Assembly (NCBI RefSeq): GCF_009914755.1
Contig: NC_060934.1
Length of the DNA: 64,000 bases
Strand: one strand, 5' to 3'
DNA from: the human T2T-CHM13v2.0 reference genome, Homo sapiens
Both the position numbers and the translations under genes were made by a program. Each line of letters begins with the position of its first letter. Position 1 is the first letter of the stretch. The notes under the pieces were generated by a model. The model was not told the DNA's origin. It did no database searches and saw only the letters and a list, made by a program, of their open reading frames with translations. Shown here piece by piece: positions 13,180-25,939 of the stretch.

Positions 13180-15676
13180 CTAGGTATGAGAGAGTAGAGG
13201 CCTGGACTAAGGCAGGGGACGTGAGTACATAGGAGGGGCCAGATTCAAGAGAAACTGAGGCAGCAGAAGCAGCATGGCCCATGACTAGCTGAACCAGGTA
13301 GATGAGAGAAAGCAAGGACTCCAAGGCTAATCCCAGGATAACAAGCACAAAGGCACCACCACCAACTAAGGTTGGGGAGAAGACCATAAATTCTACATTT
13401 GAGCTGGGCTGAGGTGTTCTGAGTTTCACATACCTGTGGAACAAGCAGGAGAATAAATCTGATAAAGCATTTGGACTTGCAGTTACTAGGAGCTTGGGGC
13501 AAGGCCTGAGTGAAAGACATGATTTGGGAGCCATTAGCGTACAGATGACAGGGAAAACCATGGGTGTGCATGATGTACTTGGAAAGATGAATTGGATCTA
13601 CCATTCAGGAAATTGCTTCTTCAGGTCCAGACTGTGAGGCTAAGATTTCAATATCCAGGATTATAAAAAGCACTCATCACAATGCAACAGAAGTTGCAGG
13701 CCAGTGTTTCCTTGACATTGGAATTCACTCTCCCCACTTGATACGAACCACATGGTCTTGGTAGAGCATGTTTCCGGGACCTTTGATTACTACCAGGCTA
13801 AATACCGTATGTTCCATTAAGCTTCATATTCTGGCATAGAAGCCAATGAGAAACTGCTACTTGCACCAGTAATGTATGTTCTCCAAACCACTATTATACT
13901 TTGCAAAGCTGCTGTACAATTAATTTTTAGCAGAGATGCACTCATAGCTGCCCCATCATGTGTAAAATGCACGCATTTTGCCTTTGCCAGAGAGAACATA
14001 TTGCAGCCCATATTTTAGTCATCTCCCTTCAAAGGGTAAGAAAATTTTGTGAGTTATTCAAGATAGGAATGCAAATTTAAATTTGCTCATAACTAGAATG
14101 GCTCACATGGCCACAGGAACATCTGTTTTTCTAAAAGCATTAGCTGATTGTCCAGAGGTGGTCACTCATTGTCCAGAGACTGGGATGGAGAAAGACAGAA
14201 CTGGGCAACTTGTTTCTTAGATGGATTTTGTCTCATGTAAGAGTTGCATGAGATGAATTCAGGTAGACAATCATTTCATATCTTTTTAAGACAAAGGAAG
14301 GGACTACTAGTATATACTGTGCTATTTGCTTTGGGCCAAAAATAGCACTACGAACTTTACATGCATATCTGGTTGAATTATCCCAAATCTTACATGGTAG
14401 CTATTATTATCTTATTTTACAGACGGTGAGATTTGTTCAAACTAGCATAAAATATTTAGGCAATTGTGCTTCTCCATTTATATTTATTTTGAGGAAAATT
14501 GAAGCCATGATTTGGGATTCACTGATGCTGTACCTCCCTGACTAGTTTTGCAGATTACCTATCATGGTATACAAGATGCACAGACAACTGTAATGGGTAT
14601 CTATCCTTTTTGCCTTCCTAGCATCCCCTTCTGATAAAATAGCATCCTCCCTCCTGATAATACAGCTCTTCCTTTTTTGGAACCTGCTTTTCCCACCCCA
14701 TGTAATTCAGACAGAGTTATCAGCCAGTTGATTACTTCCTTCCTTCCTTTCAGTAGGTCTAGACACATTAGCCAGCCTGATTAGTCAGAAATCTCCATCT
14801 CTGTACCCAGTAATTGGCCCGCGAAGAGCCTGTTATTCAAGAGATCCAAAGACAGCTTGTAAGAGATGACCATGAAAGAGAGTCCTGCTCATTTACCTAC
14901 ATTCACTAACTCTAAGAACAAGTAACCCTAGAGCTGCTGGGAGAAGAATCTGCCAGAAAATGAAGTCCACACAAAGAAAAGCAGAGCCAAGACATGGCAG
15001 AGCCAGAGAAACAGGGTTCAGATGCCACCATGCAAAGTCCTTGATCCAGCTTCTCCTGGAGCTCTTTTATTCCTGAGACTCCCTGGTCACATCAGTCAGT
15101 AAGTTTCCCTTTCTGCCAATGCTAGCAGTTTGAGTTAGTCTCTGTCGATTAGACTAACAGAAACAGGTCCGGCAGAAAATGAAATAAAAATATATTTAGC
15201 AAAAAATCATCTGAGTTAGTTTTACAGTTATGGATTTCAAATTTCACCATTTGAAACAGATAAATTTGTACACTAAATAGTAACTAAAAATATTAATAGC
15301 AAGATCTCAAAGATACCCATTGGGAAATTTTACCTTGGTTGCAATAATTTAAGCTTAAGAAGGGTTTTTGCCACTGACTTGGAGGTAACAATGACATGAC
15401 CATTTCTCAGGGACTTTTTGACAATTATCTTACTTATGAATAAACCAGAAAGATAGATGATACTAAATATTAGTTTCGCCCTTAGACCCAAATATCTAGG
15501 ACCTCTCCCCTGGGCCCCATGCCTGGATGGCCCCATTCTGTATACAGTGGTTTAGGTGGCTTCACTGTATTACTATGTAATTATTATTCTCCAAATTTCC
15601 ATAAAAGTTGTCAATATCACTTTTTTTCAAACATATGCATGAACCATCATGAAAACTTGAGTACTATCTTAATGCT

Positions 15677-15678
15677 AT

Positions 15679-15709
<31 letters not shown>

Positions 15710-15996
15710 GAGATGGAGTCCCGCTCTGTCACCCAAGCTGGAGTGCAGTGGCGTGCGCCGATCTCGGCTCACGGCAACCTCTGCCTCCTTGGTTCAAGTG
15801 ATTCTCCTGCCTCAGCCTCCCAAGCAGGTGGGACTACAGGTGCACCCCACCACGCCTTGCTAATTTTTGTATTTTTAGTAGAGATGGGGTTTCACCATGT
15901 TGGCCAAGCTAGTCTCAAACACCTGACCTCAGGTGATCTGCCTGCCTCAGCTTCCCAAAGTGCTGGGATTACAGGCATGAGCCACCGCACCTGGCC
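15677..15996 (-). mobile_element. AluS with (TAAA)n tail
   Basis: Full reverse-strand Alu. Confidence 0.92.
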
Positions 15997-17399
15997 TGTA
16001 TCTAAATTTTATCGCAAATTATCTGAGTCATCTTGGGCAAGCCCTTTGACTTCTCTGGACCCCAACTTCACCATATAATAGGAAGATGTCCTGCCTAACC
16101 TGCCTGGAGTGTTGAGGACATCCGGTGGGACAACATCTGCAAACGCACTTTGAAAAACATAGAGATTATTAATGTAAGAGCAAGAGTCCTTAAGACAAAA
16201 CTCAATTTTATTCTATGCTTTTTGACAGTTGGGATCTGCGGAAAAGCCATAGGCTTATTACAAATTCTGAATCTCTTTTCAGGATCTAATCTGAATCTAT
16301 CAGATTAGACCTCTCACAGGTCAAATGTAGAGAAGGATTAGATTATAGTAATAGAACTAGGACCTTGATCACATCTCCAACTGGCCTTTCTGATCTTGCA
16401 ACCCTTTGTCACCTACAGGAAATCTGCCCAAACCAGTCTACTCCCCGTCTCCCAAACAAGATCCAGACTTTGTTGTATTCAACCACTCCCCTCACCTCAA
16501 ATCTGCTCTCTTAACTCATCCATCACTCAACATCTTGCTTGAACTTCAAGAACAAGTTCATCCACTCTGACAACCAGCGCCCCCTAGGGCTCACTTGGTG
16601 ATGAGTTAGGCACTGTTTTGTTATAGTTCTTATGTGATTCTCTGAAGACGTCCTGTAAATTTCTCATTGTTACAGTTCCTGCGTATCTCCAACCTGTCTT
16701 GACAATTAGACTGTAAGTATGCTAAAGCCAGTCACTGCCTTGTACTCTTCTTGCACAAAGTAGATACTCAGCAAATATTTGTTGGTTAGTTAAAAAGGAA
16801 ATTGTCCAAAGGAGGAAAATGGCTTAGAAAAGAATTTATAAAGAAATGAAATGAGGGAGATAAACTCATAGAACAGCAGGTTACCCATTGAAATCTATTA
16901 AACATAGACAAGGGAGCTGGTCTATTCAAAAGAAGCCCAGAAATCTGAAATCAAATATTTAGAATGGAAAGAAACTTCAGGATAATCCAATTGACATTCT
17001 TCATTCATTGTGGTTAATCACCCACTAACTTCTCTGACTTGTGAATTGAGTTTTTATACATTAAATTTTTTATGTTATAAAATATGACTCTCGGTAATTT
17101 CCTAGAAACAGAGTCTGAGAGAATAGAACCTTGAAAAAATGGCAGCTATTTCATCGATATAAAAAAATATTTTTTCTTGCTAGAGTCAAGCCAGACATCT
17201 TGAGCCAGACTTGTGGTATCCCTTTTTTATTTTACACTTCAATATGGAAAAGAACAGATGATTAACAGAAAGACAGGATTCCTCACCTGGAAACACAGAA
17301 AATGCTGACTGGTTCAGAGGGGAGCTAACTTCAGGAGCGAATCCAAAGTGTTAGAAGGTCCTAGAAGTCAAATTGTTGAGCTTTGATATGCTGTCAGAG

Positions 17400-17570
17400 A
17401 AAGCACTGGCTTGGGACTCAGAGGACCGAGATTTTGAGAACTTGCTTCATCAGTTTCACTTATGTGACCATTGACAGTTTCCCAAATTCTAATTATCAGA
17501 TTTTTTTTGGTCTTAAAAATAGGGTCATGGATGGAATTAAATGAGATAATGTATTTAAAGACACTTCATT
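17400..17570 (+). mobile_element. MIR fragment
   Basis: gaaagcactggcttgggactcagagg...tgtgacc...ggaattaaatgagataatgtat. Confidence 0.7.
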
Positions 17571-19659
17571 TATAGAAAAGCTTAATTTGCATTATTTATT
17601 ATCCAGTTAATTTCCATTAAAAACTATTTTAATCTAGCTGTCCCGAAGGTGAGCCTTTATAATCTAAGAACCGAAATGGCATCATAACACCCTTGAAGCC
17701 CCTTGGTTATTCATCCTTATCCTGGCTCTAAAGATAAACTAATCCTCGGCTCTAGCATGTTCCAGCCCTTGCAGCTTTCCCTGAACTCACACGCCCTCAA
17801 CAAATGACACGTAGCCAAGAGCTTCCCGCTCTACAATTAGTCACATCAATCTGAAGCCTCCTCACGGTTTGGTGAACACAGCAGTATCTTCTTTCGCTGC
17901 CTGAGATTCTTGCAAAGATGGGAGAGGCAGCTTTTCAACAGCCTAAAAGGCCATCTCCACCACCAGAATGTGTCTTCTCTCCAAGTCCCCCCTTCCGTGG
18001 TCATATGAGTGGCTCTGTCCTGTGTGGAGAGGCATCACTGCCCTCTGTGAGCTGTCCGTTGAAAGAATCAGTGAGGTCCTCCCACCTCAAGATGGTCCAG
18101 GCATGCTTACCACCTGGGACCCCTCCCAGCTGACCGCAACCCAGCCCTAGCTTGAAAAGGCCTCTGAGACACTGTTCAAAAGTCATTGGCTTTTGTCCAA
18201 TGGACCAACTTAGGTTCCTGTGGGGTAGACTCCTGATGGCAGAGTATGAATGAACACTAATGATCATCCGTGTCAGCTAATAATATGAAACATATCTGCC
18301 CTAGCATAAAAGCCAGAGTGGGAACACACTCCACCATTTTCATAGCAATACTGCTCATGTGCAAGGTTGGAAATAGAGACATAACGCTAAATAAAGCCCT
18401 CGAATTGGCTATCCTGGAACTTCATCTGTACACTGTTTCTTAGAGATCTTAAATTGTGTTTAACAGAATGGAAGGGAACCTACACATCAGAGAGCACTCT
18501 CAGTTAGCAAATGGCATCACCAAGGCAGAGAAAGGAAGGGACATTCCCAGGATCACTCAATGAGTGGCAAGGCTAGAATGGAGCACAGGGCTGTCCAACC
18601 CTCCAGACTCTGTGGCCGCTTCTGTAACCAATTAAACATGCTCTGCCCTGAAGCATTTAGCATCTAAGCTGAATGTAACCTCTGGGTGTCTCCTTATCCA
18701 AAAGCAAGGGGTGTGGCCAGATCATCTCCCCACCTACCCCTTAGCCCCGATGACTCCATAGCACAAAATCAGAACTGCAATCCACCAACCTGGTATCAGC
18801 CTCCCACAGACTGTGTGTTTATGAGCTCTGGCTCTTGCTGTTATGCCAGGCTACTTTCCTCAGTGAGCAGACACGCGATAAATACTGACAACTGATTGGC
18901 TGATGAATGAGCTCATAAATAATAATGTTTACAGCTTCCTTCCTGAACTCACAGCCAAAGCAACTCCGCTAAATGGCCTCTTTTCCTCCTTTCTTTCCTC
19001 CTCGGCTTGCTTATAAATTTTAAGATGCATCATGCAAGATGTCAGGGAAGCAATTACTTTGGGGTTTACCCTTAAAAAGGAAAAAAAATAGCACCATAGT
19101 CCATAGGGGAAAATTTCCCTGAACTAAACATGAACCAGAAAATGTATACAGACTTTGATTACACATGGTACTCCAGGGTTCTTTAATCAAACGGTCCATC
19201 AGGGTGTCAAGAGCTCTTTCCCCTGGTTTCCAAGAGAGGAGAACACGATCCTTTTTTCCGGGCAGGAGGAGAGTGCCAGGGACAGATCTAAGGGCAGAGG
19301 CCACTGACAAATGGAAGGTGAAGTCTGAGATGTAGACACTACCAGGACAGCAGCCATAATATGTGGAAGACCCAGGACCAGAAGAGCCTGTGTGTGTGTG
19401 TGGGTGTGGGGGGGGGTGTATAACAGCAGAAATGGATGCTATTCATTTAATTTGGATACCAAGGATTCATGCTTAGGGGCTTGGAATAAAGCAGATACAC
19501 ATCTTTCTTCTAAGTATAGAAGAAAGGTCCAAGTAGGAGGCTGAGACAAGCGGGTCTAACTCTCCCTAAAGATATTTTTCAAGAAAACTTTTCTCCTCTA
19601 TATTAACACGATGCAGGATTTATTTCTGTTAGTGTACTAGATAATATAATATACATATG

Positions 19660-19661
<2 letters not shown>

Positions 19662-19693
<32 letters not shown>
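19662..19693 (+). repeat. (TG)n microsatellite; a shorter TG/G run lies at 19389-19418
   Basis: Seen directly. Confidence 0.95.
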
Positions 19694-19694
<1 letters not shown>

Positions 19695-21090
19695 ATATGT
19701 GTGCCTGTATTTCAGAGCATATAACCCAGGCTCCCAGGTTCCCAGAAGTCTCCTAGACCCCATAGATAATGCATTTTAGTGCCAGCCATCATCACGAATA
19801 CTCAGTGATGGAATGAAAATTCCTATCCAGTTTATTTGACCACAGGTAGACGATGGAGGATAAAGTATCATCAGACGATAGAATTAGTAAGGGAAAGAAG
19901 TCAGGTAATGGGTAATTTCTCTGGAAACTGACAATTTCATTTCTTCTAGTCCTACTCCCCCAGTGAAATGAGAAGTCAGCAGAGGCCCATGAGATAGATT
20001 TCAGGCAATTCAACTAAATCTGTGGACCCAGTGGAATTTTGAGCAACGAAGAACCAAGATATCTGTTCCTTTTAACATGACCTGGCTTGCCACCCAGGGG
20101 GCAGGCTTCCCACTGACGGCTCTTCCAAGTCACCTCCATAAACTCATCAGGCCTTGCAAAGTTGCATTTCCCCTCCTCATTCCGAAGACACAAATCAATA
20201 TACACAGAAGCACTTATGCTTGGTTCATAAAATCTCCTGTGTAAATGCTGGAAACATTTCCATGCCAAGCCTGATGCAGGCTACTTCCGACAACAGCCAG
20301 TATTACCGTGGTGTGTGGGAACCCTGGGAAAGGAGAGAGATGCAAAACCATGGCAAAAGCCACTGCTGAACCTAGTGTCAAGCCAAAAGCCAATTGGGTT
20401 GGAACAAGACAGTGCCCATGTCCTTGTGTGCTTTAATATGGTAAGAGCTAGGGCTTTCTTAATATGGTGAAAATTCCAGAGGGGCATAAGGTGAGTCAGC
20501 TGCTCACACACAGATAAATGCCTGGACAAGTCCTGCCAAGGTTGGCCATCAATGGTAGATAGGAAACAAGCTGCTCCCAACTCAGTAGCCCAAGCATCAC
20601 TGAAGCCACAGTGAACCTCCTCCACCACCTCTACAGGAAAGTATGAGCAGATATATGGGCGCCTAGAAAGAAGACCCCATTCTGTCACCCCATGGGCAAC
20701 AGATTCCACAGTTGCCCTGAGAAGATATCCAAAAACAAACACAATCAGCTCAATTTAGATGCAAAAGACAAGGGGGAAAGGATGCTGGGAGCTGGAGGAG
20801 GCATCCTAGCAATCTATTTCGAGGGGCTCTTAGCACCTGTTTGCAAGCACAGCTCTCAAAATAGCATTCAGCAACAAGTTTCTGAAATGGCAAATCTACA
20901 GCTTCTTTTCCCTGCAAGTGCTTTGTCATGCTGATACTCTGACCCAAGAAAGCATTTCCAAAGAGCCTGCGGGATAAAGCGGAGCAATGTTGAACATGTC
21001 TGCAGCCACTGCAGCGGCAGCAGCAGCCCACGGTGCAGGGGAGGCTGGAGTGGACGCTGCCCGGGCCCCACCTCCTGTCTGAACACTCAC

Positions 21091-21135
21091 CATCAGCAGG
21101 CCGAGAGCTGAGTCGGGCACCAGCTGCACTGCCAT
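21091..21135 (-). CDS. FRMD4A: First coding segment of FERM domain-containing protein 4A (MAVQLVPDSALGLLM); phase-0 donor, CDS continues beyond the left edge of the window
   Basis: Strong Kozak gagACCATGG at 21135. 15 codons are followed by ATG|GTGAGT (21090-21085). The peptide matches the FRMD4A N-terminus as I recall it (MAVQLVPDSALGLLM-MTEGRRCQVHLL...). Confidence 0.93.
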
Positions 21136-21216
21136 GGTCTCCGATTCCCATGCACGAATCCTGCTGCCGAGTCAGTCCTCCTGGGCCCCGGGTGGCTACA
21201 GAGCATCCAAAAGCAC
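21091..21216 (-). other. FRMD4A: FRMD4A exon 2 (126 nt: 81 nt 5'UTR + 45 nt CDS)
   Basis: Acceptor ggattttggctgctttttctgcAG|GTGCTT (AG at 21218-21217); donor GTGAGT at 21090. Confidence 0.88.
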
Positions 21217-21630
21217 CTGCAGAAAAAGCAGCCAAAATCCAGACTTAGGGAGCAAAAGGCTCAAGGGGAAGATAGGCCACCTTTCACACAGGGTGGGGAG
21301 GAGGTCAGGGAAGACAGGGTGGGAACTGTGCTTAGGGAGGAAAAAAAAAAAAAAGAAGAAGGAAAATAGGAAGCTGCAGGTTATTTAAAAGTGAGCCCTC
21401 CCTAGCTTCGCAAAGCGGCACAGACAGGGAGACCGCATCAAACACAAACGTGAAAGCTTAGAACACGGAATGTTTAACTGCTACCTTCGCCCTGGCAGCA
21501 ATTCTTCCTTTAACTGACAATTAAAATAAAACATTCCCTATTGCAGATAAATCAAGCAGCCCGAGCCACCCCCTCTCTCTGCATCTCTCAGCAATTCTGC
21601 TGCATAAACATGCTGAATGTCACAACATAC

Positions 21631-21958
21631 CGCTCGCAATCTGGTCAGTGTCTTCTTTGCTGCAGATAGGTGTGTCCCTTTTTGCAAAATCAGATATCTG
21701 GGAGTGAGACAGCCGAGTCTGACCATGAGGCACCAGGCAGTCACTGGAGATCAGCAAATGCCCTTACCATCCCCGAGGAGGAAGTCACTTAGGAACTGAC
21801 CCTTCCACCTTCCCCAGATCTACTTTTCCTCTCCAAGTAGACTGGCCAGCTCAGCTCCCGGTAGGGCTAACATACTTAAGAGGAACATGGAATTGCACTG
21901 CCTGTTCTGTGAGCGTTCTGATCTCCCTGGCTGTACCACATGTACGCCGCATACAGAC
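21631..21958 (-). other. FRMD4A: FRMD4A non-coding exon 1 (5' end approximate)
   Basis: Donor GCG|GTATGT at 21630-21625, 414-nt intron to exon 2, repeat-free sequence. TSS placed just inside the purine tract partly from recalled transcript structure; not directly visible. Confidence 0.7.
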
Positions 21959-22200
21959 ACACTCTACCTCTCTCTCCCTCCCTTCCTCCCGCCCTTCCTC
22001 CCTCCCATCCCTTCCCTCCCATCTCTCCACAGGGCTGCCTGTTAGGAATTTTGAAGGAGCCTCCCTAGTTCAGGGAGGCATAGGAGGTGAATTTGTCACA
22101 AGGGACACTGCTTAACAGGAAAAGGCAAGTTAGCCTTGAAAATCATATCATGCAGCATTTTCCCCGGAAGATGTCAATGAAGGGAGAAAGAAAAAACCTG
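21959..22200 (-). promoter_or_regulatory. FRMD4A proximal promoter: CpG-poor, polypurine (GGGA/GGAA) tract on the sense strand
   Basis: 21961-22030 is almost all C/T on +; GGGCGG (Sp/KLF-like) and GGAAG (ETS-like) words; lies directly 5' of exon 1. Confidence 0.6.
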
Positions 22201-22561
22201 CCGAATCTTGTTATATAATGGGTAGCTCAAAGGGCTTTCCAGAGTCAAAGACTTAAGAAAATTAGATATCTTTTCATGAGCACTGTCAAGCTTGTGTCTT
22301 CTTCTGGAGTCCATGTATTCAACTAAAAATGGTTATTCCTGATACTTCTAGTATGTCCTTTTCTGATTTCTTCCTTTACTCACCTCCTGTAATGGCTCCA
22401 AAAAATCCTGAAAATTAACTAGACAGTGTGAAATGTAGAAACATAGAGAACAGTTTTCGAAATAAGAAACTAGGGGGAAGAAATTAATGACCTTTCATGT
22501 TCCTGTGCACGAGCATAGCTACTGTTCCTTTATTACTTATACTTTTAAAACTATTGATTTG

Positions 22562-22889
22562 GGCCAGGTATGGGAGCTCACACCTGCATTCCCAGCACTT
22601 CTGGGGGTTGAGGCAGGAAGATAGCTTGAGACCCAAAATTCAGGGTGAGCCTAGGCAACATAGCAAGACTTCATCTCTACAAAAAAAAAAAAAAAAAAGA
22701 AAAATAGAAATAAAAGAATTAGCCAAGCATGGTAGTGTGTGCCTAGAGTCTCAGCTACTTGGGAGGCTGAGGTGGGAGGATCAGTTCAGTCCAGGAGTTT
22801 AAGGCTGAAGGGAGCTATGACTGCACTCCTGCAATCCAGCCTGGGGGACAGAGCAAGACTCTGTCTCTAAAAAAATTTAAAAATAAAAA
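22562..22889 (+). mobile_element. AluJ
   Basis: Diverged dimer with expanded middle A tract. Confidence 0.88.
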
Positions 22890-22953
22890 GTATTTGCTCA
22901 TCACAGTGCTTAGCACAGAGTAAGTACTAAAATATATTCAATAAATGAGTGAA

Positions 22954-23334
<381 letters not shown>

Positions 23335-25637
23335 CTATAGTGGCCCAATGAGCTTGAACCTTGATTCCACAGTGTGTGGATGGAGTCTCATGTTACTGAT
23401 CCCCAGAACACCAGAGCAACCCTCCTTGCCAGCAGGTGCCTGGAGATTCAAAGCATGACTTGAGTCGCATGCATGTGGCCTTGCACAGAACTGTCAGGAC
23501 ATTCTGACTGTGCTGGTGGATTGCAATACTATTCAAAATAATATGTATAGTCACATTTGAAAAATAATAACAATGATTTAAGGAACAGGTCTATAATAGT
23601 GATTTAAGGGACCTTATCCTAACTTTTCAGATGGATTTCTAAATGTATTCAACTGATATTTGCAGAATGCCGACTTTGTACCTCTGCCCTCAAGGAACTT
23701 TTTATCTGGTAGAATCATTAATGATACAAGATAATATGTAACAAATGCAAAAAAAAAAAATCCCAAATAGTTTGGATAGCACAGAGTAGGGAGGGCTTAC
23801 CATTTCTTTTTTTTGTAGCTTTTGCACTGGAACTTCAGGAACAGCAGAACATCTTTTTCAGGACATTTGCTTTCTGATTCTACATGGACTATGTGTTTGG
23901 AAAATAACCAAAGCTAAGAAAAAACGTTAATATTGGAGCTATTGCAACTGGTGGATATGGGCAGAGAAAAGACAAACCCTGAGGAGAGACAGGCAGGAGC
24001 AGCCTCAGGTATGGGACAGTCTGGGACATCCTTAGGTTGCAGAGGCCGGCCTGAGAGATTTTGTGTCAGCCCTTGACGTTGGCCCCCAGAACACCCGCCT
24101 TCCTCTCTCAGCACTTCACTCATGGCTCCTTTGCCTGGAAAGCCTCATCCCCTGTCTGCTTGAATTGCAGCCCAGATTTTCTGGAAAATAGCCTGCAGCA
24201 AATCTTCTGCAAGAAGACATCATTGGGAGGTGCAATTTCAGGGTGGCAAGAGTGGGGGTGTGGGGAAGGTGAGGCAGGGATGGAATGAGAGCAGGTACAA
24301 GGTGGGGTTGACCAAAGTGGGCATAGGACAGCTACTCAGTCCTGAGGAAGAGCTTCCAGACAGGTATGGAACTTCCAGTTTTTGGCATAACCCATCAAGG
24401 AGACGAAGGGAGAGGGAGCTAACAGCCTAGTGCTGTCCATTAGTTGACTCTTTTTGGTCAAATTGATTCCATCAGACATTAACCCTCTTGCGCTTCAGGG
24501 TTATGTTACCAACTCCCGCAGGTAGGCATGAAAGGCATTGCATCTGAGCCCAGAAGATAAGGAAGAAACCATAGCCTCTGTGAGTCAGTCAGACAGGACC
24601 TGGGCCCTGGGGTGGTGAGGCTCCTGCCTCAGTGTGTGGGATGGAAACCCTCCCTGTTCTGTCCTGGGAGGCTAGGACAGCTAGCAGTGCCAGGAATTGA
24701 AATGACAATGGCAGCACCTGGGATTCCCAATGAGCAAGTGGCTCAATTTGCCCAGGGAAGACAGGAGGAGCCAAGTAAATCTGGGAAACACATACACTGA
24801 GTCTGGTAACAGCATATACGTTCACACAACATTCAGTGTCAAAAGTTGCATACTTCATGAAATTCTTCCCAATTCCTCTATTTGGGCATTCATAGTTGCT
24901 TTGTTTGTACAACTTTTAAATTCCTTCTTTAAAAAAATTGGCAGTGATTTGCTTTTCTCTAGTATCCCCCTACTAGAGAGGAACAAACTAATTTCGGAAC
25001 TGAGCATTGCTCTTCTCTGTTTACTTCTACAGCTCCAAGCATCGAGCTCAAACAGCAGTCCATGCTCAATAAGATTAAATCAGGCACCAATGGAGATATC
25101 AAAATGTAAAGCGCAAAGAGGAAGAGGCAATGGCAAGACCTCAGGGAGTGGATAGGACATGGGGAGTTTGTGAGGACAGGTCACAGGCTGATGGAGAAGG
25201 AGTTGTCAAAGGAGGAAAAGGAGAAGAGAGCTCCCAAATTCGAGTGGCAATGGTCATTCCACAAAGATGCCTGGGTGGGGTGGAAGGGTGTTTCAGTACA
25301 GTTTCGGACACAGAAATCGAACTGCAAGGGGTTATCGAGCAGCTTGTGAGGAAGAGAAGTTAATTCATATTAAATAGGCCCTCATCAAAAAGCAGTGGAA
25401 TATGAGCTATCCAGGTCCTTTCAAGAACTAGTTCAAGGTCACAGAAGGAAGAAGGTGTGGGGACAGCAATCCCATCCTCTGAGTCACTAAACTCGATTCT
25501 TGGTTAATCTTACCTCCCAAGAAAGCTATATATATATGAAATCCATTTCAATGTATCCTCCTTTAAAAACTCCTCAAATGAAGCATAGTTCAATGTCACA
25601 CCCATCGCAAAAAACAGCTCTTCATAAACCTCTTCTG

Positions 25638-25939
25638 GGCCAGGTGCAGTGGCTCATGCCTGTGATCCCAGCACTTTGGGCGGCTGAGGTGGGTGGATCA
25701 CCTGAGGTCAGGAGTTTGAAACCAGCCTAGCCAACATGGCGAAACCCCTTCCCTACCAAAAATACAAAAATTAGCTGGGCATGGTAGCACGTGCCTGGAG
25801 TCCCACCTACTTGGGAAGCTGAGGCAGGAGAATCCTTTGGAGGAAGGTGGGAGGTGGAGGTTGCAGTGAGCCAAGTTTGCACCAATGCACTCCAGCCTGG
25901 GACACAGAGTGAGACTGTATCTCAAAACAAACAAACAAA
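25638..25939 (+). mobile_element. AluSx-like
   Basis: Dimer; TSD ...ctcttctg. Confidence 0.92.

Noticed and set aside
15713-16078. Alu-derived ORFs (also 30634, 48474, 55952, 59048 and others)
   Set aside because: Standard translations of Alu sequence.
20926-21090. Read-through of the FRMD4A start ORF to 69 aa with a poly-Ala stretch
   Set aside because: It lies past a consensus GTGAGT donor; the Ala run is a short imperfect intronic GCT/GCA repeat.
22160-22169. TTC-N4-GAA STAT6-type site near the promoter
   Set aside because: A single short motif, not supportable without ChIP or conservation data.
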